Source: Lytechinus pictus (taxonomy: Eukaryota). From it: a stretch of 64,000 nt of DNA. Position numbers and translations under genes: made by a program. The stretch covers positions 5,086,001 through 5,150,000 of the forward strand of contig NC_087246.1 in the NCBI RefSeq assembly GCF_037042905.1. Direction: 5' to 3'. The notes beneath the pieces are model-generated. The model was not told the origin of the DNA. It did not search any database and was given only the letters and a program-made list of their open reading frames with translations. Below are positions 13,050-26,700 of the stretch, one piece after another (positions within the stretch are counted from its first letter, which is position 1; each line of letters starts with the position of its first letter).

Positions 13050-15084
13050 CTTTGGAAAGAAACAGTAGTGTAAAGAACATTAGTATACACGTATACTTGC
13101 AGGAGTGTGCCTAAACAAGGCAATATAAACAGGGTGTTTCTAAAAAAAAAAGGTAACCAGAAGTTATGGACTTTCTGTAACTTAATTTCAATCTGTATTA
13201 TTGCTGTCTTACCCAGACTTGCCAACCTCTGGGAATGAAAAATTGTATTCTGTGATTTAAAAAAAATGTATTTCCCCCCAAATGTACTTGCGCACTGCTA
13301 TGCAACATTTGAAAATAACAAAAAGGAGTCCCAATTGCGGCGCGTGTGATCATCGCGGCGCTCAAGCTGCATGCACGCTAAGTCTATGCCGTAGTAATAA
13401 TGGCAAGTGGCAATTGACTGTGGAGTAATGCCCTCATGAGGGCTAAAAGGGGACAATTGTGAAATCACCTTCTCGGAAATTGGGGGAAAATAAACTGGGA
13501 AATTTTACCTTCAAGTTAGAAGTAGCATTATGGAACAAGACCTGTAATTGAATAGCTTCAATCATACATGTAGGTGGCCTTTTTTGCTCATCTCAGTGGC
13601 ATTACTAGGGTATGTGACAGCAACGACCAATAATCCACGAAAATAAATCCATTTCCAGATAAAAAATAAATAAACAGTACACTCTACATGTATTCCTCTG
13701 GCTCTCCGATAGGGTCTAACAAAGTAGGCAAATACAGGGCTGGCGACCCGGGCACGCCGGGGCTGGCGATGGCAGGGCTTTCACATGCACTGATTTGGTG
13801 AAGAAAATACACATGTACAGATACTGCCATTGGCAGTGGCAAAGTCTAACGTTATAATCCAAGACAAACGAATTGCGCAGTGAATCCTATTCTCGAGAGA
13901 AGAAAAAATGTAGATAAAAGCACCAATCTGGGATATTGACAAAGCTTATCATGTTGAAAGGTTGAATAGCGATGGAAAATTCGAACTTGCGAGCTGGCAT
14001 TGCGTACGATACTCGCTACTGCATCAGCGAGGCCTGCCTCGGCGCCCTGGGATTGATGGCAAGAGCCCTGCTAGTGCTGGCAAAGCTTGCATGCATTCGT
14101 ACTGCTCGCTCCTTACACAATGTGCGTACGTACGCCTCGCATCAGTAGTGTATGTAGATACTCAATGCGCTATGAATCTTTCCAATTGCGGCAAAGATAG
14201 CGAACAAGTGTCGGATATGGATAGCACACAACATGTAAAACATGCGCGCGGCAGCTTCGAAATCACTTTATAGTATGGAATGCCAGATAAAAACAAAAAA
14301 CAAAAAAATATGGGTCTAAAATATGAATATTTAGGGACTCATTTGGGCAGCCCCTTAGGTGATTGAGCCACGCGAGCAATTGCTTTGGGTGGTGATGGAT
14401 ATTTCATTGATTTTTTTTTAAATCAGCGACTTTACAAATAAAAAAAATACAATACAAATTCTAATAGCATTTTAAATCTTTGATGAATTTTTCTTAAACT
14501 TTCACCAATACTTATCATTATTTTTTCTGCTATATACATGTACAATAAACTGTTGTCAGGGTGAACTCTCCCTTTAATGTTTGGTCACTTGAAAATGACA
14601 CCTACGTATCATGAACGTGTGTTTTCAGTTGAGAAAATTTGGAAATATACAAAATCACTTATTTTTACCATGTTATATTTTTTCAGAAAGCGATTTTTAT
14701 TATATTTATCGACCGATGCAATTATTTTACGATTCATGATATTTATCGGCCGCTGCAAGTATTTTCTAAATCTAAGTTGGCACTGCTCATGATATTGTCG
14801 CCCTCTATACACGCGTCACGCATCTAGGTATCGATAACAAAGACGGCAAGATGGCGACAATTAAGCTTGTAACCGATTTTGCAATCGGCAACCGATTCCA
14901 TTCGATTTCACCACAATCGGCGATCACTTGCCAATCTTCGATCATGCCCCTTGAAGGAAAAAATCGGATAGATCTAGTTACAGTGCGTGATCGTTCAGAA
15001 CATATTTCAAGATTGTTTTTGAGGTGCTAGCTATTTAGAGGTCGCATTATTCAGGGAGAAAGACGCGGTATTATCTCTGACGAT

Positions 15085-17390
15085 GTTTACGAGGATAGAT
15101 ATCTTCTCTTCCACCTCATGGTGATAGCGGATGCCGCCGTGAAATTTTTAAAGGGCGTATTACTGACATAGATCACTACGCCACTCTCTTACATGTACAT
15201 CGTTTATGATGATACTGATAGACATCTTCTCTTCAACCTCATGGTGATAGCGGACGCCGCCGTGAACTTTTAAAGGTCGTATTATTGACGGACATCACTG
15301 CGCTACTCTCTTACCTCCTTTATGATTAAGCCTGAGTCATATCGATTATTTTGAAAACCGGTGTTCGACAGCTTTAATTCGATCGAACATCGATGCATCG
15401 AAATTTGAAGGCGGGGAAAATCAAGTCTTTTTTTTTTTGCTCCGGCCGGCCGTCGATGCATGCGCTATGCCTATGCATGCACTACATTTCCATGATCACA
15501 AAACACAAAAAAGGCCGGGGAGCAATGCAGAATTCTTCCCAAAATATCTTCAACAATGATATTTGCAGATGATAACATATAAGTTTAAAATGAAACAATA
15601 TTAAAGACATGAATCACGCAGAGTTGATCCGAATGATTTTCGGTCAACTGGCATTCGCAGTCCAGACTCGCACACACCAGCCCCGTACACTCACTCTCCC
15701 GAAACGACAGGCGTGCTTGCCAGCGCCATCGAACAAGTGCAAACAGCGGGGAGAGCGTTGTACTTGCCTGAGATTGTGTAGTTGGCGGGGTAGTTGGATC
15801 CAAAATTAGCTCCAAATAAATTGATGGGAATAAATACGTAATTTTCTCTGGATGGTCATTTGAATTGGTATTTAATGCTGATATAACGATTGTGAGGAAA
15901 GATTGTGGAATATGAGTTCTGACGATGTTCGAGACTTAATCCTGATGATGATAATCCATTTTTTTTAGACACAAGAGCTTGTGATCGAAATAAATACGAA
16001 TGTCTCGGATCGAGCTCTAAATTCATATAAATTATTATTGGATGTTAAATAATTACGATTTAATAAGATTTTATGGCCATACAAAAAATATTGACGATGT
16101 CAGCAAAGTATGTTATGTTCATATGGAAGAATTACATTGTAATAGTATTATATACTGGCATTATTTTTATTTTTTATTCCATCTCTGGACGTCTCCGAGC
16201 TCCCAGAAAAGAAGCACAATGCGCATGCGCGTTCGATGACGTCTGACATATTTTCCATTTATGAAATCAGAGCCCAAAGTTGGGCACAAACAAGCTTCAA
16301 ATTGATGGGAAAAAAATCAAACGTAATTTTTATCTGTTTTGTCATGTAAAATATTATTATATGGTGATATTACGATCTTCAAAAGAGTTCTACATGTTGA
16401 CAATGTTCGATAATCAATCCTGACGTGATAATTATTTTTTTAGACAAGTGCACTCACTCAAGTCGATCGTCATGTGATGTCCGCCATTGAAAATTGAAAC
16501 GAAATGCAAACGTTTCACATCAAGCTCTAAATTCATATTAATGATTATCATATGCAAATTATTGTTAAATATTACGATTAAATCATGTTCTATGGTCATG
16601 ATATCAATATTGTTCATGAAAAGCAAGATTTACTTTACGTTGATCGCATCAATTTTCCGGCCATTTTCTGATTTGATTAAAGCACAGTACTGCGCGCGCA
16701 TGCACGATGAATGGCGACTTCCATTCATAAATTCATCGTGCATAAATTATCTCGGCACGAGCAGACGAGCCGGGCAGACGAGTAAGACTCGAACTATGAT
16801 CGAAATAAACTTCAAATTAATGGTGAATAGGCATCATAATTACACAATCGGTTTCATTTTGGGGGCAATATAAATGAAGTAAGTAGTAGTCAAGTTGGAT
16901 ATTACTATTTATTTTGATGTCTGATTGTGTGAACCAAATGAATCAGACGGCCGACGGTATTTTTTTTTTTTTTTCTCGATGCACCGATTTTGCAAAATCT
17001 GCACCGGCGTTCGATGACATCGATCGAACATCGATTTTAAAATCGATTCGACTCAGGCTTATTTATGATGATAGACTATTCTCTTCAACCTCGTGGTGAT
17101 AACGGACGCCACCGTGAACTTTTAAAGGTCGTATTATTGACGGACATCACTGCGCTACTCTCTTACCTCCTTTATGATGATAGACATTTTCTCTTCAACC
17201 TCATGGTGATAACGGACGCCACCGTGAACTTAATAAGGTTGTATCATTTACAGACATCACTGCGCTACTCTCTTACATCGTTTATGATGATAGACATCTT
17301 CTCTTCAACCTCGTGGTGATAGCATACCCCGCCGTGAACTTTTAAAAGTCATATTATCGACGGACATCACTGCGCTACTCTCTTACATCG
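15085..17390. repeat. ~109-bp tandem repeat (about 5 units) split by the 15327-17061 insertion
   Basis: Unit TTTATGATGATAGACATCTTCTCTTCAACCTC(A/G)TGGTGAT...GACATCACTGCGCTACTCTCTTAC at ~15085, ~15203, 17062, ~17172 and 17281. Confidence 0.85.
15327..17061. mobile_element. Non-autonomous TIR element with an 8-bp TSD (hAT-like)
   Basis: TIRs TAAGCCTGAGTC.TATCGATT / AATCGATTCGACTCAGGCTTA; TSD TTTATGAT at 15319-15326 and 17062-17069. Confidence 0.8.
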
Positions 17391-17925
17391 TATAGATCAA
17401 GAGATTATTCCAATAATTCTAAATCGCTAGCACCTAACATAAAAATACTTATAAAAGATGTCCCGCCGATCGTTCATTGACCTGTGATCTATGACTATGA
17501 GAATTATTTTCATTTTATTTTCCTTTGCGACTTTGCTCGGAAGATGCGTCATTCGTTTATCTTTCTAATAAAAATCACTCATTTTATTGTAAAGCGGTAA
17601 CACCTCAAAACCCTTTTAAAACATGTTCCAAACAATCGCGCATGTTGCCGACTTCCATTCCAATGCATTCGTCTATGTGACTTGCTCAGGAAGATGCGCG
17701 CGACCGCGAACAAAATTTTGATGTACATACATGTATTCCTTTGTTTTTAAACATCGCCTATTCGATTTTCGATTCGATTTTGATTTTAGAAGCTTAACTG
17801 CCGATCCGATTTTCGATCGGATTTTTTATCCGATTTACAACATTAGCGACAATAAGAGACTGGGTACATGTAAGTAAACGCTCGTGCTCTTTTATAATTA
17901 TTTTTCTAATTTATTTGTATTTAAC

Positions 17926-19758
17926 CAAGGCTCGACATTAGCGGTGGTCCAGTGGCCCGGGGCCACCAGAAATTCACCTCGGGCAACCATTATTGATAAA
18001 ATGTTAAGTTTTGGTGGCCTGAATCGGGCAACCAATCATTTTCAAAGTAGCGCAATTTTTCTCCCGATTTTGCATGCATTTATCAATTTCTACAGTTCAA
18101 ATTGCAACCCAGTTCGTCATGCGCCCTTTTTGTTGATCTACACACAAATACACACACACAAAGTTTGCATATTAGGCCTACAGCTATAGCATACAGTAGC
18201 TATTATCCAGCCAGCCGCGCCGGCCGGCTGGCGTGAGCTTTGCATGAAGCCACTGCATACAGCTGTGCTCTAGATGGAGCTGCGATAAAAAATGTTGCTG
18301 CCAAGAAATCTTCCACAGAACTTTGAAAATCTGAGTCAAAGTCACATTTTACACCAATGAAATGACATTCTAGTCTATATTACGAAAATTTGGTGTACCC
18401 TGATTATTTGCAAGCATTAAGAATAGGAATTATGACCTCTCTTTTGACTACAAAAGACCGATTTCCAAATGAATGAATACACATAAAAACACATAGGCAA
18501 GTACATCACAGTCCCACGTGTGCATTTGTATGTATGTTGATACTTGGTTTCTTTCGAAGCTGTGTCTTTTCTAGCCAAAAATAAACAGACAGTTTCTTTC
18601 TTGTTTATAAATGACTTCTTAAACCACTCTTGAGAAAGTAAATACTTTGGGAAGGCATGTCATTGATATGAAATGTGAATTTTTCCAACATTTTGGACAA
18701 TATAGGGAAGGACTTTTCTCACACTTTTTTTCCAGATATAACTTTTGCCGTTTTCTTCTTATTTTTTTCTTTCATTTTTTTTACAGTGGTTAAACCATTT
18801 ATACCCCTTCCCATTGAATATGCCTGATTAAAAAATATGTTTCTACTGAAAAAAATATAAATAAACTAAAGGATATAAAAATATAAATGTGCCATTCCCA
18901 GAAGGTAAGTGAAAATTATTTGCTTGGCTTTTAATTATATTCCAGTCAGAATAGACTGTTGCCACAGCTGTTAAAAAATATTCGTAATGGCTTTTTAATT
19001 TTCCCCTTTTCCCCATGTTTATATTGATTTTGTTTTATTCATTTTTCTTTCACTTTCTTTTCTTTTTTTCCCTGTTCTTTGTTTTTTCTTTCTTCATTTT
19101 CTTTCTTTTGTTTTATTTCACTCATATCTTTTATTATTTTTGTTTTCTTTTTGCAATATACTTTTTGAAAATTATTTTCATTTGTTTCCCCCTTTTATGC
19201 ATTGTTCTAATTTTGCAGCATATTGTTCTGTGATTTTCTCCTGCTATAATATGCTTCAAAAGAGAAAACAGAAATAAACTGGATTTGGGGCCTGCATAAT
19301 CTAGGTTTTAGGATTCAAAGAGGAAGAAATGAAAAACCATTGTTTTGTACATCTATCTGAGTTTGCTATGCACTATTTATTTACTTTACCAAAATGAGTG
19401 TGTGTCTATACGGAGATTTAAAAAAAAAGTCCACACAACCTGCGAACAATAAAATTCATTTATTCTCTTTCAATCATTTCATTTTTACAACGATAGAAAC
19501 AATTTATATTTTACCACAAGCCAATTAGCAAAGTAAAATAACAGCAAACAAGGTTTACATACAAGATGATAAAGTGAAAGTAACTTAGTGGTAGTGGCTG
19601 CAGAATTAATATTTCAGAAGTTTGTTTTATTAATTGTTAATGTGTTTCTTTATATTTTCGGGCCACCAAACTTTAATATCGGGCCACCAAAAAAAATTAT
19701 TTGATGGTTTTGGTGGCCCGAATGGGCTACCACCAAAAAAAGTTAATGTGGAGCCTTG
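17926..19758. mobile_element. Non-autonomous TIR element with a 7-bp TSD (P-element-like or hAT-like)
   Basis: TIRs CAAGGCTCGACATTAGC / GTTAATGTGGAGCCTTG; ATTTAAC on both flanks; subterminal GGCCACCA/GGCAACCA repeats. Confidence 0.75.
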
Positions 19759-20366
19759 ATTTAACACACACTGTTATTTTATTCGGGGGGTAGATATTGT
19801 TTTGGCCCATTTACAGTACCAGCCCAGTCACAATTCTTTGACTGACTTTTACTTGCACCTATTTCACCAGAACAAGTTTGGGCTCAAATTCAAAACCCTG
19901 TGTGATACTGATGTAGAATCCCTAATGAGTAATGTGTAGCCTAGGTCTAGTTTCACCGTGGGAAAAAGTACTAAGCTAAGCTAAGCCTAATGTGTGTAGA
20001 GCAATGGTACCGGTATGCCGACCCAGGCTCCATGGAGAGTAAGCCTACTTATAGTTATACTTTATAGTATAGTAGACTGATTTTTACACTCCAGGAGCCT
20101 CCACTCCAGGCTACCTCCCCCGGGGGGCTCCCCAACATGCCGGGCGCAGCTCAGGCGGGGAAAGACCGAGATCTCGACTCGAGAGCAGTCAAAAAGTGGG
20201 CGCTGCCGCGCTCGTCACGTACCCCACCGCCCCGTTCACTGTCATGTCATGACTGTATACCGGTGGTCGGTACCCATCATGGTACCGTACAACAACAGCA
20301 CTATCGCGAGCCACATAAAAAAGAGACAAAAACAGACGATTCCATCGTACAATCAAGATTTCTCAC

Positions 20367-20415
20367 CTGAAACAACGAGCGCTTCATTCGGGCCAACTGT
20401 ATGACAATTCCCCAT
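20367..20415 (-). CDS. FLOT2: Flotillin-2, coding exon 1 (MGNCHTVGPNEALVVS/G)
   Basis: Minus strand ATG GGG AAT TGT CAT ACA GTT GGC CCG AAT GAA GCG CTC GTT GTT TCA G|gtgaga; this is the flotillin-2 N-terminus with myristoylation Gly2 and Cys4; 49 nt, phase-1 donor. Confidence 0.95.
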
Positions 20416-20499
20416 GATAAAATATCTTACTTTCACTCAGAGAAAATTAGAAAAAAAATCCAGTCTTGGTCTTGGAAATTCCACTATAAACGTCCAGGC

Positions 20500-20575
20500 T
20501 TGCGAAGATGGCCGATTTCATGCAGTAAATAATAGACGGTCACGTGATCAATATATTACATACGCTCCCAATTTA
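20500..20575. promoter_or_regulatory. Candidate flotillin-2 proximal promoter motifs: YY1-like AAGATGGCCG (20505-20514), E-box GTCACGTGA (20539-20547), CCAAT-like (~20569)
   Basis: Motif matches by eye, 90-160 bp upstream of the ATG; TSS not known. Confidence 0.35.
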
Positions 20576-20759
20576 GCTCCGCGAGCTAGCTACCGGCATG
20601 AAGTTGGTTGGATATTCGATATTCGATATTCAAACTGTGAAGTTGGTTTGATATTCAGGTTCGATATTCAAACGCGTGTGAAGTTGGACCAATATTCGAT
20701 ATTCGATATTCAAAAATTAGGGGTCTTGAAAGCTAACTAGGGTTTTAAACAGGTGCAGC

Positions 20760-23700
20760 ACGTCTCGGGCAACCATAACAACACTGGCCTGCCCTAGTAA
20801 GAGGACATTCAGGGGACAAACGTCAGTGAATAAAAGGGCAGAAAATTGTTAATTTTTTTATTTTTCTTTTCGAGGGGCCCCCACATCCCGACGGCCTACC
20901 CAGGGCAACCATGTATCATATCTTGTAGAAATCGACTCGGGCAACAAGTTAAGCACTAGCTTGACCCGGCGCATGCACATTTAGGAGCCTCGAATTAACA
21001 AAATTAAAGGGATAAAGGGCTATTTAGAAGATTTTTTCAATTTAAAAAAAGTATTTTTTTCAAGGGGCCCCCAGGGATATCCCAACGGCCTAGCCAGGGT
21101 AACCACGTATCCTAACCTGTAGAACTCGACTCGGGCAAGCAGATAAACACTAGCTTGACCCGGCGCATGCACATTTAGGGGGCTCAAATTAACAAAATTA
21201 AAGGGCTATTTATCGCATTTTTTAAAATTAAAATAAAGTATTTTTTTCAAGGGGCCCCCAGGGATATCCCGACGGCCTAACCAGGGTAACCACGTATCCT
21301 AACCTGGAGAACTCGACTCGGACAAGCAGATAAACACTAGCTTGACCCGGCGCATGCACATTTAGGGGGCTCAAATTAACAAAATTAAAGGGAATAAAGG
21401 GCTATTTATCGCATTTTTTAAAATTAAAATAAAGTATTTTTTTCAAGGGGCCCCCCCAGGGATATCCCGACGGCCTAGCCAGGGTAACCACGTATCCTAA
21501 CCTGTAGAACTCGACTCGGGCAAGCAGATAAACACTAGCTTGACCCGGCGCATGCACATTTAGGGGGCTCAAATTAACAAAATTAAAGGGAATAAAGGGC
21601 TATTTAGAGCATTATTTTAATTTAAAAAAAGTATTTTTTTCAAGGGGCCCGCAGGGATATCCCGACGGCCTAGCCAGGGTAACCACGTATCCTAACTTGT
21701 AGAACTCGACTCGGCAACCAGATAAACACTAGCTTGACCCGGCGCATGCACATTTAGGGGGCTCAAATTAACAAAATTAAAGGGAATAAAGGGCTATTTA
21801 GAGCATTATTTTAATTTAAAAAAAGTATTTTTTTCAAGGGGCCCCCAGGGATATCCCGACGGCCTAGCCAGGGTAACCACGTATCCTAACTTGTAGAACT
21901 CGACTCGGGCAACCAGATAAACACTAGCTTGACCCGGCGCATGCACATTTAGGGGGCTCAAATTAACAAAATTAAAGGGAATAAAGGGCTATTTAGAGCA
22001 TTATTTTAATTTAAAAAAAGTATTTTTTTCAAGGGGCCCCCAGGGATATCCCGACGGCCTAGCCAGGGTAACCACGTATCCTAACTTGTAGAACTCGACT
22101 CGGGCAACCAGATAAACACTAGCTTGACCCGGCGCATGCACATTTAGGGGGCTCAAATTAACAAAATTAAAGGGAATAAAGGGCTATTTAGAGCATTATT
22201 TTAATTTAAAAAAAGTATTTTTTTCAAGGGGCCCCCAGGGATATCCCGACGGCCTAGCCAGGGTAACCACGTATCCTAACTTGTAGAACTCGACTCGGGC
22301 AACCAGATAAACACTAGCTTGACCCGGCGCATGCACATTTAGGGGGCTCAAATTAACAAAATTAAAGGGAATAAAGGGCTATTTAGAGCATTATTTTAAT
22401 TTAAAAAAAGTATTTTTTTCAAGGGGCCCCCAGGGATATCCCGACGGCCTAGCCAGGGTAACCACGGATCCTAACTTGTAGAACTCGACTCGGGCAACCA
22501 GATAAACACTAGCTTGACCCGGCGCATGCACATTTAGGGGGCTCAAATTAACAAAATTAAAGGGAATAAAGGGCTATTTAGAGCATTATTTTAATTTAAA
22601 AAAAGTATTTTTTTCAAGGGGCCCCCAAGGATATCCCGACGGCCTAGCCAGGGTAACCACGTATCCTAACTTGTAGAACTCGACTCGGGCAACCAGATAA
22701 ACACTAGCTTGACCCGGCGCATGCACATTTAGGGGGCTCAAATTAACAAAATTAAAGGGAATAAAGGGCTATTTAGAGCATTATTTTAATTTAAAAAAAG
22801 TATTTTTTTCAAGGGGCCCCCAGGGATATCCCGACGGCCTAGCCAGGGTAACCACGTATCCTAACTTGTAGAACTCGACTCGGGCAACCAGATAAACACT
22901 AGCTTGACCCGGCGCATGCACATTTAGGGGGCTCAAATTAACAAAATTAAAGGGAATAAAGGGCTATTTAGAACATTATTTTAATTTTAAAAAAGTATTT
23001 TTTCAAGGGGCCCCCAGGGATATCCCGACGGCCTAGCCAGGGTAACCACGTATCCTAACTTGTAGAACTCGACTCGGGCAACCAGATAAACACTAGCTTG
23101 ACCCGGCGCATGCACATTTAGGGGGCTCAAATTAACAAAATTAAAGGGAATAAAGGGCTATTTAGAGCATTATTTTAATTTAAAAAAAGTATTTTTTTCA
23201 AGGGGCCCCCAGGGATATCCCGACGGCCTAGCCAGGGTAACCACGTATCCTAACTTGTAGAACTCGACTCGGGCAACCAGATAAACACTAGCTTGACCCG
23301 GCGCATGCACATTTAGGGGGCTCAAATTAACAAAATTAAAGGGAATAAAGGGCTATTTAGAGCATTATTTTAATTTAAAAAAAGTATTTTTTTCAAGGGG
23401 CCCCCAGGGATATCCCGACGGCCTAGCCAGGGTAACCACGTATCCTAACTTGTAGAACTCGACTCGGGCAACCAGATAAACACTAGCTTGACCCGGCGCA
23501 TGCACATTTAGGGGGCTCAAATTAACAAAATTAAAGGGAATAAAGGGCTATTTAGAGCATTATTTTAATTTAAAAAAAGTATTTTTTTCAAGGGGCCCCC
23601 AGGGATATCCCGACGGCCTAGCCAGGGTAACCACGTATCCTAACTTGTAGAACTCGACTCGGGCAACCAGATAAACACTAGCTTGACCCGGCGCATGCAC

Positions 23701-26700
23701 ATTTAGGGGGCTCAAATTAACAAAATTAAAGGGAATAAAGGGCTATTTAGAGCATTATTTTAATTTAAAAAAAGTATTTTTTTCAAGGGGCCCCCAGGGA
23801 TATCCCGACGGCCTAGCCAGGGTAACCACGTATCCTAACTTGTAGAACTCGACTCGGGCAACCAGATAAACACTAGCTTGACCCGGCGCATGCACATTTA
23901 GGGGGCTCAAATTAACAAAATTAAAGGGAATAAAGGGCTATTTAGAGCATTATTTTAATTTAAAAAAAGTATTTTTTTCAAGGGGCCCCCAGGGATATCC
24001 CGACGGCCTAGCCAGGGTAACCACGTATCCTAACTTGTAGAACTCGACTCGGGCAACCAGATAAACACTAGCTTGACCCGGCGCATGCACATTTAGGGGG
24101 CTCAAATTAACAAAATTAAAGGGAATAAAGGGCTATTTAGAGCATTATTTTAATTTAAAAAAAGTATTTTTTTCAAGGGGCCCCCAGGGATATCCCGACG
24201 GCCTAGCCAGGGTAACCACGTATCCTAACTTGTAGAACTCGACTCGGGCAACCAGATAAACACTAGCTTGACCCGGCGCATGCACATTTAGGGGGCTCAA
24301 ATTAACAAAATTAAAGGGAATAAAGGGCTATTTAGAGCATTATTTTAATTTAAAAAAAGTATTTTTTTCAAGGGGCCCCCAGGGATATCCCGACGGCCTA
24401 GCCAGGGTAACCACGTATCCTAACTTGTAGAACTCGACTCGGGCAACCAGATAAACACTAGCTTGACCCGGCGCATGCACATTTAGGGGGCTCAAATTAA
24501 CAAAATTAAAGGGAATAAAGGGCTATTTAGAGCATTATTTTAATTTAAAAAAAGTATTTTTTTCAAGGGGCCCCCAGGGATATCCCGACGGCCTAGCCAG
24601 GGTAACCACGTATCCTAACTTGTAGAACTCGACTCGGGCAACCAGATAAACACTAGCTTGACCCGGCGCATGCACATTTAGGGGGCTCAAATTAACAAAA
24701 TTAAAGGGAATAAAGGGCTATTTAGAGCATTATTTTAATTTAAAAAAAGTATTTTTTTCAAGGGGCCCCCAGGGATATCCCGACGGCCTAGCCAGGGTAA
24801 CCACGTATCCTAACTTGTAGAACTCGACTCGGGCAACCAGATAAACACTAGCTTGACCCGGCGCATGCACATTTAGGGGGCTCAAATTAACAAAATTAAA
24901 GGGAATAAAGGGCTATTTAGAGCATTATTTTAATTTAAAAAAAGTATTTTTTTCAAGGGGCCCCCAGGGATATCCCGACGGCCTAGCCAGGGTAACCACG
25001 TATCCTAACTTGTAGAACTCGACTCGGGCAACCAGATAAACACTAGCTTGACCCGGCGCATGCACATTTAGGGGGCTCAAATTAACAAAATTAAAGGGAA
25101 TAAAGGGCTATTTAGAGCATTATTTTAATTTAAAAAAAGTATTTTTTTCAAGGGGCCCCCAGGGATATCCCGACGGCCTAGCCAGGGTAACCACGTATCC
25201 TAACTTGTAGAACTCGACTCGGGCAACCAGATAAACACTAGCTTGACCCGGCGCATGCACATTTAGGGGGCTCAAATTAACAAAATTAAAGGGAATAAAG
25301 GGCTATTTAGAGCATTATTTTAATTTAAAAAAAGTATTTTTTTCAAGGGGCCCCCAGGGATATCCCGACGGCCTAGCCAGGGTAACCACGTATCCTAACT
25401 TGTAGAACTCGACTCGGGCAACCAGATAAACACTAGCTTGACCCGGCGCATGCACATTTAGGGGGCTCAAATTAACAAAATTAAAGGGAATAAAGGGCTA
25501 TTTAGAGCATTATTTTAATTTAAAAAAAGTATTTTTTTCAAGGGGCCCCCAGGGATATCCCGACGGCCTAGCCAGGGTAACCACGTATCCTAACTTGTAG
25601 AACTCGACTCGGGCAACCAGATAAACACTAGCTTGACCCGGCGCATGCACATTTAGGGGGCTCAAATTAACAAAATTAAAGGGAATAAAGGGCTATTTAG
25701 AGCATTATTTTAATTTAAAAAAAGTATTTTTTTCAAGGGGCCCCCAGGGATATCCCGACGGCCTAGCCAGGGTAACCACGTATCCTAACTTGTAGAACTC
25801 GACTCGGGCAACCAGATAAACACTAGCTTGACCCGGCGCATGCACATTTAGGGGGCTCAAATTAACAAAATTAAAGGGAATAAAGGGCTATTTAGAGCAT
25901 TATTTTAATTTAAAAAAAGTATTTTTTTCAAGGGGCCCCCAGGGATATCCCGACGGCCTAGCCAGGGTAACCACGTATCCTAACTTGTAGAACTCGACTC
26001 GGGCAACCAGATAAACACTAGCTTGACCCGGCGCATGCACATTTAGGGGGCTCAAATTAACAAAATTAAAGGGAATAAAGGGCTATTTAGAGCATTATTT
26101 TAATTTAAAAAAAGTATTTTTTTCAAGGGGCCCCCAGGGATATCCCGACGGCCTAGCCAGGGTAACCACGTATCCTAACTTGTAGAACTCGACTCGGGCA
26201 ACCAGATAAACACTAGCTTGACCCGGCGCATGCACATTTAGGGGGCTCAAATTAACAAAATTAAAGGGAATAAAGGGCTATTTAGAGCATTATTTTAATT
26301 TAAAAAAAGTATTTTTTTCAAGGGGCCCCCAGGGATATCCCGACGGCCTAGCCAGGGTAACCACGTATCCTAACTTGTAGAACTCGACTCGGGCAACCAG
26401 ATAAACACTAGCTTGACCCGGCGCATGCACATTTAGGGGGCTCAAATTAACAAAATTAAAGGGAATAAAGGGCTATTTAGAGCATTATTTTAATTTAAAA
26501 AAAGTATTTTTTTCAAGGGGCCCCCAGGGATATCCCGACGGCCTAGCCAGGGTAACCACGTATCCTAACTTGTAGAACTCGACTCGGGCAACCAGATAAA
26601 CACTAGCTTGACCCGGCGCATGCACATTTAGGGGGCTCAAATTAACAAAATTAAAGGGAATAAAGGGCTATTTAGAGCATTATTTTAATTTAAAAAAAGT

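Noticed and set aside
19015..19233. Phe-rich hydrophobic ORFs (also 7926-8322, 34063-34275 and 50329-50889)
   Set aside because: These are translations of T/C-rich low-complexity tracts.
20137..20740. Plus-strand ORFs 20137-20370 and 20414-20740 as a bidirectional partner gene
   Set aside because: They are antisense to FLOT2 exon 1/intron 1 or run into the TIR heptamer repeats; no protein-like features.
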